The position numbers and the translations under genes are program-made. This document shows, in pieces, positions 18,423 through 28,094 of a stretch of 64,000 bases of DNA. The DNA is taken from positions 192,001 to 256,000 of the forward strand of contig JBPRGF010000017.1 in the NCBI GenBank assembly GCA_051418015.1, given 5' to 3'. Source of the DNA: Candidatus Nitrospinota bacterium M3_3B_026 (GTDB taxonomy: Bacteria > Nitrospinota_A > UBA7883 > JBPRGF01). Within the stretch, counting starts at the first letter, position 1; every line of letters begins with the position of its first letter. Below the pieces are notes generated by a model. It did not search any database. It worked only from the letters and a program-made list of their open reading frames with translations, and was not told the origin of the DNA.

Positions 18423-19120
18423 GGATCGCGATAGTGGAGGACGAGCCGGCGGCGGCGCGCCAGCTCAAGAAGATGCTGGAGCGCGCCCGGGGCCTGGAGG
18501 CGGAGTCGCTTGCCATATGCGGAAGCCTCGGCGAGGCCCGGGAGGCGGCGCGGCGGGGGCTGGACCTTCTCTTCCTGGACATAAACCTGATGGGCGAGTC
18601 GGGCTTCGGTGTATTCGACGAGGAGTACGAGCAACCCTTCCAGACGATCATCACGACGGCCTACCCGGAGCACGCCCTCCACGCCTTCGAGCGGGGCGCG
18701 CTCGACTACCTTGTAAAACCCTTCTCCCAGGAGAGGCTGGAGAAGGCCCTTGATCGGGTCCGCAAAACCAGGCCCGGCGAAAGACCGGGCCTGCGCAGAA
18801 TCGTCGTAAAGGACAGGGGGGAGATAATCCCGGTCAACGTGGATGATATAACCCTGATAAGAAGCGCAGGGGACTACTGCGAGCTTTTCCTTAAGGACGG
18901 GGCGCGGACGCTCTGCTCCAAGCGAATGGATTACCTGGAAAAAAGCCTGCCGGAGGACTTCATGAGAATACACAGAACCGCCATCGTCCGGCTCTCGGAG
19001 GTGACCGGCCTGAGGGCGGCGGGAGGCGGGCGGTATCTCGCCATTGTGGGCGAGGCGCAGGAGCCGGTCCCCGTGGGCAGAAAGTATCGCAGGCGGCTGA
19101 GGGAAAAACTCGGCGAGTAA
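18419..19120 (+). CDS. LytTR-family response regulator
   Basis: ATG at 18419 overlaps the kinase stop (ATGA); IVEDE, FLDI, TTAY, DYLVKP; FMRIHRTAIV LytTR motif. Confidence 0.93.
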   Translation: MRIAIVEDEPAAARQLKKMLERARGLEAESLAICGSLGEAREAARRGLDLLFLDINLMGESGFGVFDEEYEQPFQTIITTAYPEHALHAFERGALDYLVKPFSQERLEKALDRVRKTRPGERPGLRRIVVKDRGEIIPVNVDDITLIRSAGDYCELFLKDGARTLCSKRMDYLEKSLPEDFMRIHRTAIVRLSEVTGLRAAGGGRYLAIVGEAQEPVPVGRKYRRRLREKLGE

Positions 19121-19372
19121 AAAAAGAAAAAGGGCCTTTGAAAACCGCCCTATAACAAGGAGAATCCCCATTCCCCGTTTTTTTGTCGCCGGGCGGTCCT
19201 AAAGGCCCTTTTCGCGTGGAGACCTTTTCGCCTAGTCTCTTGATTACAAATTACACCCGGAAAAGCGCTCTCTCAACCAATACTCGGCGAACGGCGCTTA
19301 TACTCGGCAAACGGCGCCGGGGGGATGATATGACGGGTCATATGTCCACTCGGGCGGCCGCGGGGGGGTTTG

Positions 19373-19654
19373 TCAATACCTGACGCCAAACGAGGAGAAC
19401 TCGCCCGCCGGCTTCTCCCATTCCACGTCCACGCCGCTCACGCGCGCGGCGGGAGGGCCCTTGTGGAGCCAGCGCAACAATTTTTCGGCCCTGTCGCGTG
19501 GGCCTTCGGCGACAACCTCCACGCGCCCGTCAGGGGTGTTCCTGACCCAGCCCGTCAGCCCGCCTATGGACTCCGCAGTCTCCACGGTGTTCGCCCGGAA
19601 AAAGACCCCCTGCACAAGGCCGGAGACGAACACGTGGGCTCTCACCTTGTCCAT
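19373..19654 (-). CDS. acyP: Acylphosphatase
   Basis: GLVQGVFFR, GWVRNTPDGRVE. Confidence 0.95.
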   Translation of the reverse strand: MDKVRAHVFVSGLVQGVFFRANTVETAESIGGLTGWVRNTPDGRVEVVAEGPRDRAEKLLRWLHKGPPAARVSGVDVEWEKPAGEFSSFGVRY

Positions 19655-19688
19655 CCGTCCCCCCGCGAAAACTCAGGTTTCTGGAAAA

Positions 19689-19764
19689 TGGTGGGCGGAG
19701 CGGGGCTCGAACCCACGACCCCTTGCTTGTAAGGCAAGCGCTCTCCCAGCTGAGCTATCCGCCC
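19689..19764 (-). tRNA. tRNA-Val(TAC)
   Basis: GGGCGGATAGCTCAGCTGGGAGAGCG-CTTGC-CTTACAA-GCAAG...GGTTCGAGCCCCGCTCCGCCCACCA; 76 nt with encoded CCA. Confidence 0.97.
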
Positions 19765-19830
19765 TTCGAACTTTTCATTATACAGCCGTAGTCACGGGCG
19801 GCAAAGACCGGAGCGCGCGCGGCGGCGGAT

Positions 19831-20802
19831 TCACCCCAGCCGTTCGTAGCGGATCCGCATGTTGCCAAGGTCGGAGCCTTCGTGCTCGAAGTAGTCGAAA
19901 ATCTGTATCTTGAAATCGCCGTCCTTCGTCCGCAGGCCGTAGACGGCGCCGTTGGGGTGGATGTCGTGCTTGCCGTCTATGTTGTAGCGGTACCACTTTG
20001 GGTTTCTGAAGATGGAGCCGTACTCATCCATGAAATAGGCGACGGAGTCCGACGCGCTCTCAACCTCGCTCCACTTCGCGCCGTACTTGTTCGAGCCAAT
20101 GGCTCCCGCCCTGCCGGGGCCGCTGACGCCGCTGTTGAGATAGATTTTCTCCCCGGCGTGTTTCATGTCCCACCCCGGCCCCTCCACCACGGCGGCGGCC
20201 TCGCCGGAGCGGAAGCTGAAGACCTCGCCCGGTTTTATCACCGCCGTTTGCTCCTCGCCCAGCGGCGCGTCCTTGTCCGGCTGGAAGGCGTACTGGATCG
20301 TAATCGTCATCCCATCCCCGCCGAGGCTCCGGACCCTCATCTTGGCGTAGCTTTCCCCGTCGGCCAAGCGGAGCTTCCAGCCCTTGATGGCGGGCGCCCA
20401 TCCGTCCCCGCGCGGCTCGCGCCAGCCGAAGATGGCGGGCTCGACCCCCTCGGGGACCAGCTTCGCGTCCTCGGGGATATTCTCGACGGCGTCGAACTTT
20501 TTCAGCAGATCCTCGTCGGTGAGTTTTAAAAATTCGTCCCTTGTGACGGAAAAGGGAGGGTCTATGCAGGCGCCGGTGATCCCGCCAGGCCCGGCGGGGC
20601 CGCCGTTCGCGCATATCACGGAGCGCTTGACCGCTATATGCCATTCGAGGCTCTCCCGCGCCCTCTCCGCCGTGATGTCCAGCCTCTCCCCCGTGACAAG
20701 GCTGAAGTACTGGTAATCCTCCCCCTCGACGCTCCCCCCGGCCACCAGCCCCTCGGGAGCGAGAACGGTCAAATCCTTGACTGTCATTTTCAAAAACTCC
20801 AT
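19831..20802 (-). CDS. HmuY-family (heme-binding-like) protein with two HmuY-type domains
   Basis: YFSLVTG, WHIAVKR..I.ANGG.AGPG, YAKMRV, WDM....IYLNSGVSGPG, WYRY....H.I.P, FKIQIFDY..RIRY patterns. Confidence 0.75.
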   Translation of the reverse strand: MEFLKMTVKDLTVLAPEGLVAGGSVEGEDYQYFSLVTGERLDITAERARESLEWHIAVKRSVICANGGPAGPGGITGACIDPPFSVTRDEFLKLTDEDLLKKFDAVENIPEDAKLVPEGVEPAIFGWREPRGDGWAPAIKGWKLRLADGESYAKMRVRSLGGDGMTITIQYAFQPDKDAPLGEEQTAVIKPGEVFSFRSGEAAAVVEGPGWDMKHAGEKIYLNSGVSGPGRAGAIGSNKYGAKWSEVESASDSVAYFMDEYGSIFRNPKWYRYNIDGKHDIHPNGAVYGLRTKDGDFKIQIFDYFEHEGSDLGNMRIRYERLG

Positions 20803-20905
20803 TTACTCGCCGTTTCGGTTTTGAACTTGTTTCAATGGTTAGATGCGTTCCAACGATAACACGTTTCGCCCCGGAGGGGACATGCGGCGGGAAAAACGGA
20901 GGTGG

Positions 20906-22030
20906 CTACCCCTTGACGTTTATGATCGGTTTCAGGTGGTGGATCACCTCCACCATATCCTTCTGCCGCTCGAGGACTTCGTATATGTTTTTGTAGGCGC
21001 CCGGCGCCTCGTCGAGGGTGGAGCCGCGGACGCGGGATGTTATCCCTTCCATGTCTTTTCTGAACTGGTCCATGGTTATCGTCCTTTTCGCCTCCCTGCG
21101 GGAGACGGCCCTGCCCGCGCCGTGGGAGCTTGAGCAGAGGCTTTTTTCATATCCCTTCCCCACGACGACGAAGCTGCCGTCCCGCATGTTGCCGGGGATG
21201 ACGCCCTCCATGCCCTTCTCGGCGTGGGTGGCGCCCTTCCTGTGTATCCAGAGCCCGTTTTTGAACTCGGCGTGGTTGTGATGCCTGTTGATGAAATGAA
21301 GAATCTCCGGCTTCTCGCTCGGGCGGACGTAGTAGTATATTTCCCTTAACACCCGCTCCAGTATCTTCTTCCTGTTCTCCAGGGCGAACGCGAGGCAGAA
21401 GTTCATGTCCGTTATGTAGTCCTTGCCGCGGTCAGAGTCGGCGCGGAAGCCGTAATGGCCCTCCCTGGGCCTGTCGGAGCCGGCGGCCATGGCCATGTAC
21501 GTGGCGGCGGTGTTCCAGCCGATGTGCCTGCTGCCGGAGTGGACGACTACCCAGACGCGCCCCTCCTCGTCGTGGTCCACCTCGATGAAATGGTTGCCCC
21601 CGCCGAGGGTGCCAAGCTGCTTGAGGCCGTTCTCTTTTTTCCATATCTTCGCCAGGATGGAGGTCATGGGGATATCGCCGTAGTCCCAGGGCTCCGGCCT
21701 CTTGTTGTGGGCGAAGCCGGTGGGGACGGCGCGGTATATCCCGTAGAAGATTTTTTCCCTGTTCTGGACGACCTCCTCCTTTTTCAACGGAGTCCTGGCG
21801 GCCAGCATCCCGCAGCCGATGTCGTAGCCCACCCACGCGGGAAGGATCACCCCGTCCGTGGCCACGACGGCCCCGATCGGCAACGAATAGCCAAGGTGCG
21901 CGTCGGGCAGGAGAACGCCCTTGACTGAAAAATCCTGTTCCATGGCGGCCCGGAACTGCCGCATAGTGTCCGGATCGACGTCTTCGGCGAAGATGTTGAT
22001 TTCCTTGGCCAGACCTTTCATTCCCCCCAC
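20906..22030 (-). CDS. rtcB: RtcB-family RNA ligase
   Basis: PDAH.G, DIGCG, GGGNHFIE, HSGSR, HRKGAT, SHGAGR, DEAPGAYK. Confidence 0.93.
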   Translation of the reverse strand: MGGMKGLAKEINIFAEDVDPDTMRQFRAAMEQDFSVKGVLLPDAHLGYSLPIGAVVATDGVILPAWVGYDIGCGMLAARTPLKKEEVVQNREKIFYGIYRAVPTGFAHNKRPEPWDYGDIPMTSILAKIWKKENGLKQLGTLGGGNHFIEVDHDEEGRVWVVVHSGSRHIGWNTAATYMAMAAGSDRPREGHYGFRADSDRGKDYITDMNFCLAFALENRKKILERVLREIYYYVRPSEKPEILHFINRHHNHAEFKNGLWIHRKGATHAEKGMEGVIPGNMRDGSFVVVGKGYEKSLCSSSHGAGRAVSRREAKRTITMDQFRKDMEGITSRVRGSTLDEAPGAYKNIYEVLERQKDMVEVIHHLKPIINVKG

Positions 22031-22160
22031 CTCCGGAACCGGGTTCGACCGTTTTCGCCTTCCGTCATTCTCTCGAAACCATCCATATGTATATTCTAAG
22101 CCCTTCCGGCGAAGACTGGGGAGTGTGTTCCTGAATTTCCGCCCGGCGCTGGGCGCGCTT

Positions 22161-23045
22161 TCAGGAGGAGAAGAGGACGGAAAGGTCGCCCGTGGAGGCC
22201 AGATGCTGGTCTATCCTTCGCAGAAGGCGGCTCATGGTCTGATCGGAGAGGATATAGCCTGCCTTGGTGACCATGGCGGCGCCGGGCGAGTTCAAGAACA
22301 CGTCCACGCCATACTCGCCCTCCGCCTCGTTGGGGTAGTAGCCGAGGATCCTGGAGAGCGTGTCGGCGAAGTGGATTATGGTCGATATGAGCGGATAGTT
22401 GCTGTCTTTCCACGGGGAGTGGTGGTAGAAAACGGGTATGATCACCCTCGCCGGCAGCCGCCAGTTTTTCAGGGCGAAGGCTCCTATCTCGCTGTGCGAC
22501 GCGCCAATGATCTCCTTCTCCAGCGACCGCGCCTCTACCTGCCGATCCTTCGCCTGGACCATGAGCCTTTCGTATTCCTCCGGCAGTTTCTTGCGCATTA
22601 TGGCGTAGCCGATGTCGTGTATCAACCCTATGAGGAAAAGGGAGGAGACATCGGGCTCGTGAAACTCCTCCCCCAGCATCCGGGCCACGAAGGCCGTCAG
22701 GACGGAATGCTCCCACAGTCCCTTGAAAGACCCTCTTCCCTCCTGCTTGCCGTTCCCGAAGTAGATGGAGAGGGCCGAGGCCAGCACTATGTTCTTCAGT
22801 TCGCTGATCCCGAGGAGGGCCACGGCGTGGTCTATCGACGCCACCCTCCCCAGAAAACCGTAGAAAGGCGAGTTCGCCACCCTCAGCACGCGTGTGGCCA
22901 CGGCCGGATCATGCTCGATTATCGAGACGATCTCGGACAGGTGATAGTTCTCCTTGTTAGACACGTCGATGATGCGAACGGCCGTCGACGGCAGGGCGGG
23001 AAGGGAGTCGAGCGACTCTATTATGTGTTTCAGCCGGGGGTCCAT
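22161..23045 (-). CDS. HDOD-domain protein
   Basis: LPALP, DPAVATRVLRVANSPFYG, WEHS, GLIHDIG, W.LP. Confidence 0.92.
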   Translation of the reverse strand: MDPRLKHIIESLDSLPALPSTAVRIIDVSNKENYHLSEIVSIIEHDPAVATRVLRVANSPFYGFLGRVASIDHAVALLGISELKNIVLASALSIYFGNGKQEGRGSFKGLWEHSVLTAFVARMLGEEFHEPDVSSLFLIGLIHDIGYAIMRKKLPEEYERLMVQAKDRQVEARSLEKEIIGASHSEIGAFALKNWRLPARVIIPVFYHHSPWKDSNYPLISTIIHFADTLSRILGYYPNEAEGEYGVDVFLNSPGAAMVTKAGYILSDQTMSRLLRRIDQHLASTGDLSVLFSS

Positions 23046-23048
23046 CTT

Positions 23049-24272
23049 TTATCGGCCCTCGCCGCCGCGGCTGGATTTTACGTATTCGTCCAGGTCCAGC
23101 ATCATCGTTTCCAGCTTTCGCGAGACAGGCGCTTTCGCCTGGCCGGGCCTTTCGGCGCCGTTTCCACCGGCGGCGCCCCTCTCGCCCACGTCCCCCGGCC
23201 CCGCCATGGCGCGCGCGCTCTTCACGAGTTCCACGAGCGTCTCCAGGATCCTGTTCTGGGTGGCGATGCTCTTTTCGAACATCTCCGCGAGGCTTTTTTG
23301 GGCTTCCACGAGAGCCGGCAGGGCGGCCTGGCCACCGGTGGTTTCCGGCGCGGCCTTGTCCGCGTGCGGCGGCTCCCTGTCCGGCGCGGAGGGCGGCTGT
23401 TCTTTGGCCTTCTTCTCCTTCCGGCGCTTTTCCAGAGTCTGGCTGTATTTTTGCACCATCTCCAGCAGATCCTGGTCGTTGGCGTACCTGATGACGTCGC
23501 TCAGGAAGTTGGCCGCCCTCAGCGTGTCCTCGCCGGAGTTCCACGCCGCCACCTCGGCGGCGACTTCGCTCATGCATTTGCCCGCCACGGAGCCGGGCGC
23601 GCTTTCCATGAAGGGTTTCTGCCTCACAACGGCCTTCTCGACGGTCCCGTCCCGCAGGATCGGCGGAAGCCATTTTATGCTCCGGTTCAGGAATTTCCTG
23701 CCCGCCTCGTCTATCCTGCGCATGCTCTTTTCGGCGGCCTTCTTCGAGTCGAACATGTTTGGCAGGACCCGGATGTCGCCTGAGTACTGGTTGTTCGCCA
23801 GGATTTTTATCAGCGCGAACCCGTCCGTCATGGAGGTCGGCTCCGGCGTCAGCACCACCAGCACGGCGTCCGCCGCCCTGGAGAAAGCCACGTTCGAGGG
23901 CGCTATCCCCGCCGCCGTGTCGACTATCATGTAGTCGAACCTGTCCAGCTCGTGGAACTGGTACATGAGCGGGGCGTATATGGACTCGTCCACCTTCGTA
24001 AGCTCCTGTATCCCGGAGACACCGGGGATTATCATCACCCCCGGCGTTCCCTCGAACATCACCTCCTCCAGAGACGCGCCCTCATAGAGAAGGTGGTAGA
24101 AGGTAAGCTTTGGCTGGGCGCCGAGGAGGATGTTTATGTTGGCCAGGCCCAGGTCCGCGTCCATGACGACCGTCTTCTTGCCCATCCTGTTCAGGGCGAT
24201 CGCCAGGTTCAGCGAGACATTCGTCTTGCCAACGCCGCCCTTTCCGCTGGAAACGGCTATTATCTTGTCCAT
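23049..24272 (-). CDS. FlhG/FleN-like MinD-family ATPase with C-terminal extension
   Basis: SGKGGVGKT, DADLGLAN, VDTAAGI, TPEPTSMTD. Confidence 0.88.
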   Translation of the reverse strand: MDKIIAVSSGKGGVGKTNVSLNLAIALNRMGKKTVVMDADLGLANINILLGAQPKLTFYHLLYEGASLEEVMFEGTPGVMIIPGVSGIQELTKVDESIYAPLMYQFHELDRFDYMIVDTAAGIAPSNVAFSRAADAVLVVLTPEPTSMTDGFALIKILANNQYSGDIRVLPNMFDSKKAAEKSMRRIDEAGRKFLNRSIKWLPPILRDGTVEKAVVRQKPFMESAPGSVAGKCMSEVAAEVAAWNSGEDTLRAANFLSDVIRYANDQDLLEMVQKYSQTLEKRRKEKKAKEQPPSAPDREPPHADKAAPETTGGQAALPALVEAQKSLAEMFEKSIATQNRILETLVELVKSARAMAGPGDVGERGAAGGNGAERPGQAKAPVSRKLETMMLDLDEYVKSSRGGEGR

Positions 24273-24294
24273 AAATACTTTTCTCGCGGCGCCA

Positions 24295-26937
24295 TCATTC
24301 CCCGGGTTTTAAAAACTCGGCCATGATAGCCGCCCGCCTGTCCCTGTTCAATACGCTGACCCTGAACGTCCCTCCATCCCCGCCGGATTTGTTCGAAAGC
24401 TCCTTGTCCAGGAAGGAGGCGAAAAGGTCCGGCGTGATGTAATCCGTCGGTTCCTTGAGCCTTTTTCGGACGTTCTTGAAGTTGCTGTAAAGCTCGTTGA
24501 CGCGCTCTTTTGAGAAACCCTTCTTTGTCCTGGTCAGGATGGTCTGGTATTCAAGCTGCGCCCCATCCGGCGGCTCGAACCTGGGGAACCGGGAGTAAAA
24601 CTCGGCGAACTCGGCCCTATACCTTGCGAGGGCCTCCGGCGGGGTCACGCGGACGATCTCCGACAGGGTGGTCTGGTCGAGCTTCTCCAGCCCGTCCTCC
24701 ACCATGTTCTTCATCCCCTCCCTCTTCGCCGCCTCGTATATGACGTTTTCGTCGCCGTTGTCCAGGACAGCCTTCGCGACGCCCGCGTTTATCGGCAACA
24801 ACTCCGATATGGCGATCCTCCCCCTGTAGCCGGAGTAGTTGCAGTCCACGCACCCCTCGCCCTTGTAGAACTTCATGTGTATCGGCTCCTCGGGGAATAT
24901 CACCCCCCACTCCTCCTCGTCCGGCGTGTACTGGCGCTTACAGTTCGGGCATATGGCCCTGGTCAGCCGCTGGGCCAGGACGCCCTTTAAGGCCGAGGCT
25001 ATCTGCAGGTTCGAAAGGTCCAGGTCGCGCAGCCGGGCGACGGCGCCTATGGCGTCATTCGTGTGAAGCGAGGAGAGAACCAGGTGCCCCGTCAGAGCCG
25101 CTTCGACGGCTATATTCGCCGTTTCCCGATCGCGTATCTCGCCCACCATCAGGATATCCGGGTCCAGCCTGAGGAACGACTTCAGCAGCCGGGCGAAGGT
25201 CAGGCCGATCTTCGGCTCCGCCTGCGTCTGCATAAGGCCCCGGACCTTGAACTCCACCGGGTCCTCGGCGGTTATTATCTTCACGTTGGGGTGGTTTAGG
25301 TAATGCAATCCGGCGTAGAGGGTGGAGGTCTTCCCGGAGCCGGTGGGGCCGGTCACCAGTATCATCCCGGAGGGGTTTCTGAGTATTTTTACGAACTTGC
25401 CGAGCATATCGTGGGAGTGGGAGAGCTGGTCGAGGCGGACGTTGGCCTTGCGGGAGTCCAGTATCCTCATGGTGACGTTCTCGCCGTACACCCCCTTGCA
25501 TATGGCGACGCGGAAGTCGAGGTTCACCTTCTCCTTCCGCTCGTTGTCGTATATGGACATGCGGAACGCCCCGTCCTGCGGCAGGCGCCGTTCGGCTATG
25601 TCCAGGTCGGACATGACCTTGATCCTGGAAGTCACCGGCATGGCCTTCGCCTGCAGCCGCTTGCGTATGGCCCCGTCGCGGAGCTCCCGGAGCATCCCGT
25701 CTATACGGTAGCGGACGTGAATGCCGTCCGGGTCGTTCTCTATGTGTATGTCGGAGGCCTTGGAGGCTATGCCGTAGGAGATTATGAGGTTCACGAGCTT
25801 TTCCGCCTCGCTGTCCTTGTCCGGCGCCACGTACATCGACACCTGCTCCGCCTCGTCCCGGCCCCGCTCCAGGGATATGTCCAGCGACTCCTGGATCATG
25901 TCCCCCAGCCCCTCGTCCATCTCGTCCCATTTAGGCTCTTCCCCGTAGATTTTCCTGTAGACGGTCTCAAAGTCCTCCTTGCGGACGAGAACAAGAGCGG
26001 TCTTGAAATTTATGATGGAGTCGAACCCCTCCAGCCTCTCGATGTCGAACGGGTCGAACAGGGCGAGGGTGAGCCTCTTGCTCACGAAGTCCAGGGGGAC
26101 GACCCTGTATCTCATGGCGTCCTTTGGCCCCACCAGGTTCCTGAGCCGCGCCGCGTCCAGCCTGCCGACCGCCTCCTCGTTCATGATCCGGAAGTCCATG
26201 GCGAACTGCCGGGCCAGCACGCGGTGGAACTCCACCTCCGATATGAGGCTCTCCTTTATCAGCGTCTCCCCCAGGGGCGCGTCGAAGAACTTCTGCTTCT
26301 CCAGGGCAAGCTCCAGCTGCTCCCGGGAGATGAGGCCCGCCTCCACCAGCATCTCGCCTATGGGGCGGCGTTTCTTGTATTTTTTGAGGATCCTGTAAAG
26401 TTGCTGGACGGATATGAACCCCTCCCCGGCCAGGATCTCCCCCAGGGAGCGGGCCAGGGAGTGCTCGGACATTATCGACCGCAGCTCCTCCTCCGACAGC
26501 ACGTTCTCATTCACCAGGATCGTCTGGAAGGAGGGGACATTGAGCTGCTGCTTCAGGCACTCGTAAAGCTGGCTCCTGTCTATGTGCCCCAGCTTCACCA
26601 GCGTCTCGCCGAGGAACTGGCTCGGCTTCTTCTCCCGCAGGGCGACGGAAAGCTCCTCCCGGGTTATGACGCCGTCGCCCACCAGCGCCTCGCCGAGCCT
26701 CTGGTTGATCTTGTATTTCTTCTCGATCGCCTCCAGGGCGGCCTTGTCCATGTACCCTTTCTCCACCAGGTACATGGAAAGGTCGAAACCCCGCGTCTTC
26801 TCCCGCTCGGCTTTCTGGAGCTTGAGGGCCGCCTCGAGCTGCTGCCTGGATATGACCCCCTCGGAAACCAGTATCTCCCCCAGCAGCTTGCCCGTTCGCG
26901 GTTTTACCGCCGTCTCCGCCCCATCCATAGTTATCAT
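24295..26937 (-). CDS. PilB/GspE-family secretion ATPase with multiple MshEN-like repeats
   Basis: ASDIHIE, GPTGSGKT, EDPVE, RLDPD..MVGEIRD, SLHTND, CPNC/CVDC; start taken at MITM (ORF track extends to 27039). Confidence 0.92.
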   Translation of the reverse strand: MITMDGAETAVKPRTGKLLGEILVSEGVISRQQLEAALKLQKAEREKTRGFDLSMYLVEKGYMDKAALEAIEKKYKINQRLGEALVGDGVITREELSVALREKKPSQFLGETLVKLGHIDRSQLYECLKQQLNVPSFQTILVNENVLSEEELRSIMSEHSLARSLGEILAGEGFISVQQLYRILKKYKKRRPIGEMLVEAGLISREQLELALEKQKFFDAPLGETLIKESLISEVEFHRVLARQFAMDFRIMNEEAVGRLDAARLRNLVGPKDAMRYRVVPLDFVSKRLTLALFDPFDIERLEGFDSIINFKTALVLVRKEDFETVYRKIYGEEPKWDEMDEGLGDMIQESLDISLERGRDEAEQVSMYVAPDKDSEAEKLVNLIISYGIASKASDIHIENDPDGIHVRYRIDGMLRELRDGAIRKRLQAKAMPVTSRIKVMSDLDIAERRLPQDGAFRMSIYDNERKEKVNLDFRVAICKGVYGENVTMRILDSRKANVRLDQLSHSHDMLGKFVKILRNPSGMILVTGPTGSGKTSTLYAGLHYLNHPNVKIITAEDPVEFKVRGLMQTQAEPKIGLTFARLLKSFLRLDPDILMVGEIRDRETANIAVEAALTGHLVLSSLHTNDAIGAVARLRDLDLSNLQIASALKGVLAQRLTRAICPNCKRQYTPDEEEWGVIFPEEPIHMKFYKGEGCVDCNYSGYRGRIAISELLPINAGVAKAVLDNGDENVIYEAAKREGMKNMVEDGLEKLDQTTLSEIVRVTPPEALARYRAEFAEFYSRFPRFEPPDGAQLEYQTILTRTKKGFSKERVNELYSNFKNVRKRLKEPTDYITPDLFASFLDKELSNKSGGDGGTFRVSVLNRDRRAAIMAEFLKPGE

Positions 26938-27116
26938 CGGCGCTTTCTGAAGACGTGGTTGAACAGCCTTCCCGTTTCTTCCTTTTTCCAACTTTATTAC
27001 TATTGCCGGGATTTGGCAATATCGGGCGGCCGCCTCCATGGCTCCGGGACGGAACGATGTTGCAAAAACGTTTCCACGAGGGTATTCTTCATCGATCCCT
27101 GTCAGCTTGAGGACAT

Positions 27117-28010
27117 ATGCTTTTTCAGGACGTTATATTGAATCTCCAGAGGTTCTGGGCGGACCAGGGCGCGGCGATCATGCAGCCCGCGGACATTGAG
27201 GTCGGCGCGGGCACGTTCAACCGCCACACCTTCCTGCGGGCGCTGGGGCCGGAGCCGTGGAAGGCCGCCTACGTGGAGCCGTCGCGCAGGCCCACGGACG
27301 GACGCTACGGGGACAACCCCTTCCGCCTGCAACACTACTACCAGTTCCAGGTGGTGATAAAACCCAACCCCGAGGACTCCCAGGAGCTTTACATCGAATC
27401 CCTCAAAAGCCTCGGAATAAGGCCCGAGGCTCATGACATCCGCTTCGTGGAGGACGACTGGGAGTCGCCCACCCTGGGGGCATGGGGCCTGGGGTGGGAG
27501 GTCTGGCTGGACGGGATGGAGATAACCCAGTTCACCTATTTCCAGCAGTGCGGCGGGCTGGACCTGAGCCCCGTGACGGTGGAGCTGACCTACGGCCTGG
27601 AGCGCATAGCCATGTACCTGCAGGACATCGACAACGTCTTCGACCTTGAGTGGACGGAAGGGCTGACATACGGCGACGTCCATCACCGTGACGAGGTGGA
27701 GTTCTCCAGTTATAACTTCAACCACGCCAGCGTCGAGCTTCATCTGGAATGGTTCGACGAGATGGAAGGCGAGGCGCGTCGGCTCCTGGACGAGGGGCTC
27801 GTTCTCCCGGCGCACGACTTCCTGCTAAAGCTCAGCCACGCCTTCAACATGCTCGACGCCAGGGGGGCCATATCCGTCACGGAGAGAACCCGCTACATAG
27901 CCCGCGTCCGGGCCGTCGCCCGCCGCGTGGCGGAGGACTACATATCCTTGCGCGAGCGGCTGGGTTTTCCGCTGCTCCGGGGCGCCGGGAACCCGGCCGC
28001 GGGGGCCTGA
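27117..28010 (+). CDS. glyQ: Glycine--tRNA ligase alpha subunit
   Basis: [45 protein letters not shown]. Confidence 0.98.
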   Translation: MLFQDVILNLQRFWADQGAAIMQPADIEVGAGTFNRHTFLRALGPEPWKAAYVEPSRRPTDGRYGDNPFRLQHYYQFQVVIKPNPEDSQELYIESLKSLGIRPEAHDIRFVEDDWESPTLGAWGLGWEVWLDGMEITQFTYFQQCGGLDLSPVTVELTYGLERIAMYLQDIDNVFDLEWTEGLTYGDVHHRDEVEFSSYNFNHASVELHLEWFDEMEGEARRLLDEGLVLPAHDFLLKLSHAFNMLDARGAISVTERTRYIARVRAVARRVAEDYISLRERLGFPLLRGAGNPAAGA

Positions 28011-28094
28011 AAATTTTGTCTTGACCTCGCTTCTGGTAAGATTAATATGTTACAGGCGCGACTGACCCTTTGAACCAACAGGCAAGGCAGGAAG

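Noticed and set aside
17300..19120. 606-aa ORF appearing to fuse a long N-terminus to the LytTR regulator
   Set aside because: The N-terminal part is an off-frame read of the kinase gene; the real start is ATG 18419 overlapping the kinase stop
19281..19318. Direct repeat as a mini CRISPR
   Set aside because: Only two 17-nt copies with a 3-nt gap, no spacers and no cas genes
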